Shown: piece after piece, positions 8,788-18,265 of the stretch
Layout: the number at the start of each line of letters is the position of its first letter
Position numbering within the stretch: the first letter of the stretch is position 1
Virus record (IMG/VR): IMGVR_UViG_3300019766_000001
Span: 1-55,858 of that record
Source of the DNA: a virus
Taxonomy: Duplodnaviria; Caudoviricetes
Reading direction: 5' to 3' (one strand)
DNA: 55,858 nucleotides
Program-made: the position numbers and the translations under genes
The notes under the pieces: generated by a model
Database searches by the model: none
What the model was told of the DNA's origin: nothing
The model's input: the letters and a program-made list of their open reading frames with translations, nothing else

Positions 8788-9108
8788 ATGTCGAGGCAAT
8801 GGAGCGATAAGGAGCTGGGTTATATAAAATCCAACGCGCTAACCATGACGGGCGAAGAGATGAGCCTAGAGTTAAGCAAGGAATATCCTAGAACCGCGTC
8901 AGCTGTAAGAACTAAGTTGAGTAATCTTGGTGTTGCTATGGGAAAGAGCGGCCCTAGAGGTAAGGCTGACCATGAGATAGCGGAGATGGTGAGGGTGCTG
9001 AAAGATAATGGTTATGGTGAGCGGATAATCAAGCGCTTTGCAGATGTAGCTGCCCGGATGTCGTTTGAGGCGATCAGAGATATTGCTCAGTACAGATCCT
9101 GGAGATAG
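8788..9108 (+). CDS. Putative HTH/Myb-like DNA-binding protein, paralog A
   Basis: RQWSDKE...MTGEEMS..L..RTASAV; ends YRSWR. Confidence 0.65.
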   Translation: MSRQWSDKELGYIKSNALTMTGEEMSLELSKEYPRTASAVRTKLSNLGVAMGKSGPRGKADHEIAEMVRVLKDNGYGERIIKRFADVAARMSFEAIRDIAQYRSWR

Positions 9109-9360
9109 CTATAAGGGGGCGGTTATGCGACAAACATTTAACAAAATGCCGGACGTTATTCGGTGCCAGCAAAACGCATGGGGAAACATCGGACGATGGC
9201 GCGGAAGGCTTCACTTAGTCGGGCTGGCTAAATATTACCGCAAGAAATGGGTTGCACGTTGCGAGTGCGGAAAGTACGCATTGATATCTCTGAAATCGTT
9301 TAATGAGAGTGGCGAGTTCGGATTACAGTGCGGTGAATGCCAGGATAATAAGGGGGTTGC

Positions 9361-9678
9361 ATGAGGGGGAGAGCCTGGTCTTTATTAGAAAAGAAATTCC
9401 TGTCTGACTACCCGATGATGAGCGGAAAAGATATGGCTGACAGATTGGAAAGGACAGAGGCATCGGTAAGTGGTAAGCGGTACAAGATGGGGATAGCAAC
9501 AAAGAAAAACGGAGAGAGCCATCGTAATTCAAAAATAACAGCAGAGCATGCTGAGATGATGCGGATTTTGAGCGATAACGGTTATAAGGCAGGAAAAATA
9601 AAAAGCTTAGGGGCTGCGATTGAAAGTATAGCGGTTCAGTCTGTAGACGATGTTATAAATTATAGGAGCTGGAGATAA
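9361..9678 (+). CDS. Putative HTH/Myb-like DNA-binding protein, paralog B
   Basis: RAWSLLE...MSGKDMA..L.RTEASV; ends YRSWR. Confidence 0.65.
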   Translation: MRGRAWSLLEKKFLSDYPMMSGKDMADRLERTEASVSGKRYKMGIATKKNGESHRNSKITAEHAEMMRILSDNGYKAGKIKSLGAAIESIAVQSVDDVINYRSWR

Positions 9679-9690
9679 AACGGGTGCTAT

Positions 9691-10164
9691 ATGGCTAAAA
9701 ACGATGTGATGATTATCATTGAAAACGCCGGTCAGCTTAGGGCTAAAATGAAGTACTGCTGGCAAGTGGTCAGTACGATAATTCAGGGTGGCCCGCTTGA
9801 GATATTGATCAGGATGCCCAGTAAGTCGCGGATCATGGAAAAAAAATACCATGCAATGATTCGTGATGTTGTTAAGAGCGTGAAGCCTGGAGGTGTTGAG
9901 TATTCAGCTGAAGCCTGGAAGCGGTTGCTGGTTGATCAGTTTGAAATGGAGCTGAACAGCCAAGGTGAGAAGCTAAGCCATCCTAGTAGGACTGTGATAA
10001 GCCTAGACGGTAAAAGGGCCATAACGCTGAGCCCTAGCACTACGCAATTCAGAAAAGCCGAGGCTGGCGATTTTATAGCGTTTCTGTACGCATTTGGCGC
10101 AGAGCATAAAGTACCGTGGTCAGAGCCTGCGCTACGGGTATTTGAAGAGTATAACGTGAGGTGA
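9691..10164 (+). CDS. NinB/Orf-family recombination protein
   Basis: SRIMEKKYHAMIRDV...EAWKRLL...STTQFRKAEAGDFIAFLYAFGAEHKVPWS. Confidence 0.8.
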   Translation: MAKNDVMIIIENAGQLRAKMKYCWQVVSTIIQGGPLEILIRMPSKSRIMEKKYHAMIRDVVKSVKPGGVEYSAEAWKRLLVDQFEMELNSQGEKLSHPSRTVISLDGKRAITLSPSTTQFRKAEAGDFIAFLYAFGAEHKVPWSEPALRVFEEYNVR

Positions 10165-10621
10165 TTATGAGTGTTCGTATTTTTATGCTTAGGGCTCTTA
10201 TTGGATGGTGGTGTATACCTGCGTTCTTTGCTGTAGCCTTTCCTATGATCTGGTTGATTACAAGTGATATAAATGAGGCTATTGACGAAAATAGGCTATT
10301 TGTAAATTTCTTATGGCACGGTAAATCATAGCGTGAGGGGTTAGGTATGACTTGCACCATTGTTTTTGGCGGTGTTATTTGCACAAATACAAATCACTAT
10401 AAACTGAGGATTTCTGATGGTCGCAGAGTTTTTATCGAGTGGCACGAGCATTGCGGCCCGGTAGTATACGTGGACAAGGCGATGAATAGAGAGCTGGAAA
10501 ACTGGTGGGAGGATAATCTGGTATGTAGCGCTATCAACTGGTTCGTCGGTAGAGGGTGCAAAGCTTGATTAAGACCATCGTCTAATAACACTCCTGCAAG
10601 TTAATTTGCTATATTTGTTTT

Positions 10622-11780
10622 ACGCCATCGCGGCGGGACTTGATCGACAGCTCAGCAGAGAGTTAAAAAGCCGAGTCACTGGCGTAACCAGTGTGCATTA
10701 AAAATCAAGCTGTTTTAAGTGTTGTGAGTATACATGGCGCTGGCACCCTCCTGGTCGACGGGGCGGGCTATAAGCAGGCTGCAGCTTGAGTAGGCGTCAT
10801 TAGGTGGACGCGATCATCGGTTGGGAATTTGGTCTTCAGCTTGATTTTTAATGCACAGATTCACCGGCTAAGCGGTGTGTATTGGATAGCTGTTTTTCGA
10901 TAGATATGTTGGTACGGATGAAACGAAAATGAATCCGTTATAAAGGCTGGGTGAATTAACGCTCTGTTATTTGAATTAACTTCACACCAACATCGTAAGA
11001 CAGCTATACCAGTACAGCGAAAGAATGCTGTGAAGCTTTGAATATCAAAGTGGAGCAAAGTAGCTGTATTGTTCGCCATCCAGCGAAAGCAAGGAGGTGA
11101 TCAACGTTAAGCGGTCGGGTTCGTAACCGGCAAGTCAACTCTGTGAAGCGTGGGCGAATTTAAGCTGAAGTGGGGAAACTGGAAAACCCGCCTTTGTTCG
11201 CATTGGTATTGCGTCGGTTCGAATCCGGCCTTCAGCACCATTAAGGCCCTAACATTATAGAGTTTTCGATTGATTGTTTTTTAATATGCTCGTCTGAAAA
11301 ATTAGCATATTTATCAATTTATTCTCTGGTTGTGCCGTTATTTCGTGGTGTACGAGCACCATCATCTGTAATCAGTTTGGCTGATTTGTAACGGTCCCGG
11401 TTCGATCCCGGTTATGGGTCATCAGTAATGGCTTTCGACGAGAGTTATTACTAGTGCGCTTTGCCAATAACTAATATTAACAAAAGAGTCAATAGTTCCA
11501 GTTAGTTGATTTTTAGTTGATTTATGTAAATTGGGAGCGTCAGAGCGCATTGCAATTTCTTGCTAATACCCTACATCAGGGCGCGGATCTGGCATTATGC
11601 CCGCGATAATTAGCCTTGTGTAGCTATGACGCTGCTGTCAATAAGGTTTACATGTTTCCTTCTTGGCAGACCTTACAGAAGAGCACGCAAGGCCGAATAA
11701 ATATGCAAGTAGGCAGGGTTCTATTTTCCCTTTCATGGTCTGGCCCGGATTCCTGCGGCAGGGCGTTTACTTTTACAGGT
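10622..11780 (+). ncRNA. Large structured non-coding region (series of long hairpins plus tRNA-like elements)
   Basis: No credible ORF; TGCTATATT extended -10 at 10607; perfect 21-bp inverted repeat 10692-10712 / 10837-10857; further nested stems at about 10878-11016, 11258-11328 and 11424-11551. Confidence 0.55.
11164..11240 (+). tRNA. tRNA-like gene, Arg(TCG)-like, with a defective anticodon stem
   Basis: Acceptor GCTGAAG/CTTCAGC+ACCA, D-arm GGG..TGG..CCC, T-arm GTCGG-TTCGAAT-CCGGC; anticodon arm poorly paired. Confidence 0.7.
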
Positions 11781-13825
11781 GATGAATGTTTAAACCGATT
11801 ATTCCGAAGGTTGTGCTTGACTACTGTCAGGCGCGACCGGGATGCAAAGACTGCAACATCTGCGATGACAAGCCAGTTAAGGCTGATAAATATTGGTTGG
11901 AGCAGAAGATTAAACAGGTAGTGTCATATCAGGGTTTAAGAACGGCTCCAGAGTGGCGCAAAGAGCTTGGCGTAGGGTTAAGTCATCCGTGGCGGTTTAG
12001 TGATTTCGAGCTGAAATATCAACGCATCTCTAAAGAAGAGTTTTTATTGAGAGCTGAGCATGGTAGTTCTAACCATAACGCTAACCCTTAATTTCATCAG
12101 CTACGAAAACACACCGTCCGTTAGCCGGACGTATTACGATGATCTTGATGAATGCCAAAGGGTAGCGAATAACTTCCTATACGGGCCTTCTGTTGATGTG
12201 TCGAAGCTTCCAGGTGTTGAGTCAGTAACAAGCACGGCAAAATGTGAATAGGTGTGATTATGAAAAAAGTGGTTCCTTTTTGGTTTCTGGCTAGAGCTGT
12301 ATTGATAGCTCCAGCCGTGGTCATGTCGATAATTGGTATTATTGGCGAAAGATGGATGGATGCTGTAGATAGGCATCTGCCAAGAGCTAGAAAGCATGTA
12401 AATCCAGAAAATCACGGGGGAGAGTGATGCGTATTTTATGGAATTTGTTGTTAGTTTTCACAGGGCTGATGGAATTGTTAGTATTCCCCCCCTTGATCCT
12501 GATTAACTTAGTGCTGTACTTCATGTTTAAAGCTAAGCCTGAGCCTCCAGCGCCAACGGTCGTGGTGATCAAAGAAGGCAAAGGCTAAAGTCGAATACCA
12601 ATAAATACTAATAACGGTAGTATTCGAGATCTAAATAAACGAACGGGTGATAATGATGGAATTAAAAATAAATCAAGGCGACAGGGTTAGGGTCGATGGC
12701 GGTTACGGTAAAGCAGATAACTTTATAGATATAAGCAAGGCTGGGTTTTCTGGGTTATGCACAACTCTGTTTACTGGGTTTCAGTATATTGAGATAAGAA
12801 AGAAAGGTGATCAATTAAGAGTTTATACTTTCCCTAAAAAATCGCACAAGGAAGAATATGATTTTGAACACTGGAAAGATGCCGAAGTGGTATTCTCGCT
12901 GAATGAGCAGATTATGCACAAGTGATCATTCTGGTTCAACTGCCAACTAAAAGTTGACAGCTGAACCTGTAAGTAATCGTTACAAGCTGGATTAAGGGGT
13001 AGGGTATGTCAGAGTTAACTGAGTTTTTACGGTGTGATGCGGATGGCTGCGGCCACGTTGAGCTTATTGAGAAGATCGAACAATCATTAGTCGGTAAAGC
13101 ATGCCCTAAGTGCGGTGAAAGCCTGCTAACACAGCCTGATTTCGATGAATGGACGGCTAGCGTTGCTCCTATGTTGGCGCTGGCAAAACAGATGGCTGGT
13201 GAAGCTGAAGACGATATGACCGACGAAGAAAAGCTTAATGCCTACGAGCACCATATATCGGTTAACCTGGTTGACGGTAAGCTGAAGGTAAACGTTGGTG
13301 ATGACGTTGCCAAAAGGGTTGACGACAGCTAAGCATAAATAAGGGGTGTAAAATGCTAAGGCGATTAAAAATATTATGGCTAAAAAACCTTGTGCGAATG
13401 GCTGACCTACTGATCAAATACGAAGAGTACGCGCCAGACCAGGGAGAGGTAAACGATGTCGTGGCAACTCGAAACAGGATACAGAAGGATCTTGAGCGGA
13501 TAAACGGTTTTACAATGTAGCTTGCCAAAGTATGAGTATAAATAAGGGGTGTATTGTGAGTGAAAAAAGATGCGCAAAGTGTGATGCATGGGCTCAGTAT
13601 CAAGGGTTATTCCCGTCTGAGGTAGGGTGTAGCTGCAAAAAGACATTGCCAAAGTCTAAGCATAAATAAAGGGTTGTTATGATTGAATATTGCATTTATT
13701 GCGGAGAAGAGATCGTTCCTAGCGATGAGCGCGTAGAAAAGATGTTTGGCGCTGCTCATTTTGAGTGCTCAGAAACAGAAGACCCGGAGGAGCTTGATTA
13801 AATTTAAGCATAAAGTATAATTGTC

Positions 13826-14272
13826 AGTGCTGATTGGGGTGGTATCCAAGTAGGCGAAAGGGTTTATAGTGTGTTTTCTGATCAGGCTCCCCAGCTCTGA
13901 TATACCACCAGAATCACACTGTAAGCCCTTTTTTTATGTAAGTTCCCGCCCCACGTCCCGAAGCCAGAAACGGTTAAAGGGATTACTCCGAGCAATCCCA
14001 CGTAATCAGCTAGACCAGTATGTCGGTTAAAACCGGTGCGTACTGGTGACAATCCCGCTACATGGCACAGAGAGCAAGCGGGAGCGCCTAAGAGTTGCCT
14101 TAACGGGTGTAGGTCTAGCGCATGACTCTGGTGGTTCATTGACCATACTGACCTAAGTCTATTAGACCATGATCGAATAGACTGCCTAACGTCCCAAGAT
14201 GTACTGTGACGAGCATAGGGTGTAACAACTAAACCTTACACCTGTAGGGCTTAGAGTTGTTATGCCTGTCAG
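13826..14272 (+). ncRNA. Second structured non-coding region (attenuator-like leader plus multibranch structure)
   Basis: TATAAT at 13816; ~24-bp stem 13857-13932 with U-tract; many hairpins from 13979 to 14272. Confidence 0.5.
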
Positions 14273-14308
14273 AACCCAGAAACCAGTTCAGAGCATATAG
14301 GTGTAGAG

Positions 14309-14704
14309 ATGAATAAACACGAATACCGCCACTACCTAAGAAAGGGAGAGGAAAGGCTTGATTATCCAGTTGAGGTAGATCAGCTAAGAAAAAAGGTTTT
14401 AGAGATAGGCAGGGTTATATCAAAAATAAAGTCTGATAGTGATAACGGATGGAAGGGAGGGGTCAAAAGTACTTCTTACAGGTATTCGTCAGACAGTCTT
14501 TCATGGGGCGGATGGTCTGCCGACTGCGAATCTATGTGGTCACTTACAGCAGAGGGAGCTGTTGTTGCAAGGGTTTACGATTGCCACGGCCAAGGGTGGT
14601 TTGAGTTTATGAACGTCAAGACCATTGATAAAATTTATGATCAGGTGATGGCTTTTAAATCTGAATACGATAGCAATATTGCCGATACTTCGAGCCACCA
14701 ATAG
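14309..14704 (+). CDS. Hypothetical protein
   Basis: AGGTG RBS; 131 aa. Confidence 0.7.
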   Translation: MNKHEYRHYLRKGEERLDYPVEVDQLRKKVLEIGRVISKIKSDSDNGWKGGVKSTSYRYSSDSLSWGGWSADCESMWSLTAEGAVVARVYDCHGQGWFEFMNVKTIDKIYDQVMAFKSEYDSNIADTSSHQ

Positions 14705-15396
14705 TCATATAGGGTTAAAGATATGAAGCTGCCAAGAGTACAGAAAGACCAGTTAGAGCCGGGTAAAATGTATATATGGAGCACGCCCGACGGAGAGCCA
14801 AGGGTTGTATGGGTTAACAATGATGATCCAAATACGATTGATGAATGGGGTGATTGCTGGGAGCGTGCAAGATTGAAAGGTAAATTCTACGGGCCGGTAG
14901 AGCTGGAAGATTAACACCCGCTATCCGGTGGGTTCAGAGTAATTAAGGGGTAGAGTGATGATTTACACGGTAAATAACACTAACGCAATAGGAGTGCCTG
15001 TTGATGTATTTGTTAACGGGAACCTAGTTAAGTACCCGAGCACAGCTGACACGGATCGCGGTGTTGTGGTTTATTATCCTGATCCTATCAGGGTTACAAA
15101 TCGAGGTGACGCCATTTACACGAGAAAACTGAAGGGGGTTGTTACGGTAAAACCGATCAATAACCGGTGATCAATCGGTTTTATCTATTAAGCCTGCTGA
15201 TTGGTCGGTGATATAATTAAATCTCTACAAGGCATCCTTAAATCTGAAGCCTCAGAGCCTGCAAAGGTGGTTCCGCCTCGTTCCAGCGTTAAAATCCCTC
15301 CTTAAATGTTTATTGATCCATTATCAAACTAAGCTTGACCTTATTATTTAGATTCCTTATTATTATACTCAAGGTTATTAAATAAGGGTTAATCTT

Positions 15397-16026
15397 ATGA
15401 AAACGGCAGTGGTAATGGAGCGGAAGCTTTGCGGAAAGGTGGTCAGGCAGAATCACAAGACGCGAATGTTCAATGCAAACGATCTTCACTTGGTTGGTAA
15501 TGACCTGAGAAAGCAAGCCGGGTTGACTCAAAAGCAGGCGGCTTCTTATTTTAATCTGGATTCAACTAAGGAGTTGATCAATCAGATCTGCATCATTGAA
15601 AACCTTTCATCAGACGACGTTAAGAAATCTACTCGCGGCAAGTACGGCGGAACATGGGTTCACCCTATTTTATTTGCCGATATGGCCATGTGGTACAGCC
15701 CTGAGCTAAAAGTAAAAATCCTGAAGTGGGTAATGGATGGCCTGCTTGATGTTCGTGATAACTCCGGTGATAGCTACAAGAAAATGGCGTCTGCTCTAAA
15801 GCAGTCTTTCACCAAAGAATTCACGCCTTTGAAAATGGCAGAGGTGGCCAACACTATTGCGGCCGAGTGTCGAGTGGGAAACGGTTCCGGCCGGTGGGAG
15901 AAAGCATCTCAGGTGCAGCTTGATAAACGTGACAGTATTCAAAGCGCAGTGGCCTTGATAGCGGATATGTGCCCGAACATTGGCACGGCCGTAAGCAAGG
16001 CGATCATAAAAACAAAGCATGTCTAA
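15397..16026 (+). CDS. KilA-N domain protein
   Basis: MFNANDL...TKELI...RGKYGGTWVHPILFADMAMWYSPELKV; own promoter TTGACC-N17-TATTAT. Confidence 0.9.
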   Translation: MKTAVVMERKLCGKVVRQNHKTRMFNANDLHLVGNDLRKQAGLTQKQAASYFNLDSTKELINQICIIENLSSDDVKKSTRGKYGGTWVHPILFADMAMWYSPELKVKILKWVMDGLLDVRDNSGDSYKKMASALKQSFTKEFTPLKMAEVANTIAAECRVGNGSGRWEKASQVQLDKRDSIQSAVALIADMCPNIGTAVSKAIIKTKHV

Positions 16027-16554
16027 GCACGAAAGCAATTACCTGGAGGGTTAGAATGAATCATCAGCCAAAGGGCGGCATGTGCGCCGTCTGCGCCAAT
16101 AAGCACAAAGACTGTAGCGGTTTAAAGTTTGATGAGATGCCGATTTACTGCAGCTACAAGGTGGGCATGGTCAAAAGCAATATTGTAATTTGCACTGAGT
16201 TTAAGCGAGAGAAGGAATTAGAGACATGAGTGAGTGGATAAGCGTGAAATCAAGGGTTCCTGTGATACACGATAATTGCTGGAGAACATCTTTGCCTTAC
16301 CCTGTAGATGTTGAGGGCTTTGGCTTGTGTTATGCCTACTTTTGTACAAACAGTGACGGATATACTTATTGGACTCATTCTCTGACGCTTGGTCGTGACG
16401 ATGGAGGCAGGCCGGATAGCGCTGGCGCAAGAGAGGAGATTTTAGGCGTGAAAAGCTGGTATGAAATATCTAACCCTAATGCCAAAGACTAACGTCTAAT
16501 ACCAAAACGCAACCACGGTGATAAGCTGGGGATTCATTTTAAGGGGTAACAACG

Positions 16555-16827
16555 ATGTCGAAATTAAATATCGCAGGAAAGAATAAAGCTGAAGTTCTAG
16601 CGAAACTTTATAACGCAAGTAAGCCTTTAGGTATGGGCGTGCTTCACTTTGATCCTTCAGAGATGACGGTAGATCAGGCCCAAGAAATTATCGATAAGGA
16701 AGGGCTTCGGTTTGACTACCTCAAGGGTCGTGTAATGAAGGTAAATCTTGAGGGTGATGAGCTTAGTGTATCTGGTTTTGATCGCGATAATGGTCAAGGT
16801 GCGGCAGAGCGAGCTATTAACGGTTAA
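16555..16827 (+). CDS. Hypothetical phage protein
   Basis: KAEVLAKLYNAS..GMG...FDYLKGRVMKV...DRDNGQGAA; TAAGGGGT RBS. Confidence 0.75.
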   Translation: MSKLNIAGKNKAEVLAKLYNASKPLGMGVLHFDPSEMTVDQAQEIIDKEGLRFDYLKGRVMKVNLEGDELSVSGFDRDNGQGAAERAING

Positions 16828-17145
16828 GCGTGAAATTTTAAGGGGTAGGTTATGAAAAACGCAGATAAGCCAGCAATGCCGTTAACAGAAGATATGGATG
16901 CGGCGATTTCAAGCAGTAAGGACAGGGATCAGTACTACACTGGCCTAACAAAGCGCGAGCACTTTGCAGGTCTGGCTATGCAGGGTTTTTCAGGTTTAGA
17001 GGAAGACCATTTTGTAACCGTGCAAGAAATGGCCGTTACCGCAGTAAAGTACGCGGACGCTCTACTTGATGCGCTGGAAAAGTCGAAAGGCCGCGAAGAA
17101 GCGGAAGTTAAATCAACAATAGCAAGTAGCACTAAGGGGTGAATA

Positions 17146-18177
17146 ATGGAAAATCAATTGGTAGTAATCGAGCAGAAAAACGTATTAGCAGTATTTAGCC
17201 AAGACGACGGACTGGAGTACGTAATCAATCAGGCAAAAGATGTTGTAAACAGTTTTGAGCATGACCTTTTGACCGATGCAGGGCGTAAGCGTACAGCTTC
17301 ACTGGCTAATAAAGTTGCCAAGCTGAAGGTTCAGCTCGACAACATGGGCAAGGCTTCTGTTGCAGATCTAGCAGCACGTAAAAAGGCTGTTGACTCTAAC
17401 CGAAAGGCGATGCGTGACGAGCTTGACGAGTTAAAGCGGGAGGCCAGAAAGCCTCTAACTGACTGGGAAGAAGAGCAGAAAGAAATAAAGGCCAAAGAAG
17501 AAGCTGAGCGTCTTGAAGCTGAGCGCAAAGAACAAATTGACCGAGATCATGAGCTTGGTGATTTGACGAACAAAGAGCATGATCGTCTTGCCGAAGAGTC
17601 GCGCAAAGAAGCTGCCGAGTCTGAGCGTCTGCGCATTGAACGTGAAGCTAAGGAAAAGACTGAGCGTGAAGAACGATTAAAGAAAGAAGCTGCTGAAAAC
17701 GCACGTCTTGAAGCTGAACGTAAGGCCAAAGAAGAAAAAGACCGCATTGAACGTGAAAAACAAGAGGCTGAGCAAGCAAAAGTTCGCGCAGAAGAGCAAG
17801 CCGCGCAAGCTGAGCGTAACCGTATAGCTGCAGAAGAACGGGCTAAAGCTCAAGCGGAATTAGCAGAGCAGCGAAGAAAAGAAGAGGCTGAGCGAGTAGA
17901 AAAAGCCAGAATTGAGGCTGAGGCAAAGGCTAAGCGTGATCAGGCGATTGCTGCAGAAAAAGCTAAGCAAGACGAAATCGACCGGCAGAATGCAGAAGCT
18001 GCACGGGTCAAGCAGGAGCAGGAGCAGCGAGAAGCAAATAAACGCCATGTAGGCTCTATTCGCAAAGCGGCAAAAGAGGATCTAATGCAGATTGCTGGTG
18101 TGACGGAAGAAATCGCTAAGGCCATTGTATTAAAGATTAATGCCGGTGAAGTTCGTAACGTTGAAATCAAATATTAA
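17146..18177 (+). CDS. Coiled-coil early protein (E/K/A/R-rich)
   Basis: GRKRTASLANKVAK N-terminal domain, long charged helical repeat region. Confidence 0.85.
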   Translation: MENQLVVIEQKNVLAVFSQDDGLEYVINQAKDVVNSFEHDLLTDAGRKRTASLANKVAKLKVQLDNMGKASVADLAARKKAVDSNRKAMRDELDELKREARKPLTDWEEEQKEIKAKEEAERLEAERKEQIDRDHELGDLTNKEHDRLAEESRKEAAESERLRIEREAKEKTEREERLKKEAAENARLEAERKAKEEKDRIEREKQEAEQAKVRAEEQAAQAERNRIAAEERAKAQAELAEQRRKEEAERVEKARIEAEAKAKRDQAIAAEKAKQDEIDRQNAEAARVKQEQEQREANKRHVGSIRKAAKEDLMQIAGVTEEIAKAIVLKINAGEVRNVEIKY

Positions 18178-18265
18178 CAACTGGGACTGGGAGGCCAAGA
18201 GATTGTTCTCCCGCATTCAAAAGCAGCGTAAAGCGGATAAATTAAATCAGTATAGGGGTGATGGA

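Noticed and set aside
11350-11421. Second tRNA gene
   Set aside because: Only a T-arm (CCGG-TTCGATC-CCGG) is convincing; there is no proper acceptor or D arm and no CCA. At most a remnant within the ncRNA locus.
12936-12968. Inverted repeat GGTTCAACTGCCAACT..AGTTGACAGCTGAACC as another attC
   Set aside because: It lacks the AAC/GTT R boxes with spacers and the extrahelical-base pattern; treated as an ordinary intergenic hairpin.
17146-18177. TolA-like membrane protein
   Set aside because: The resemblance is only low-complexity E/K/A coiled coil; no TM anchor.
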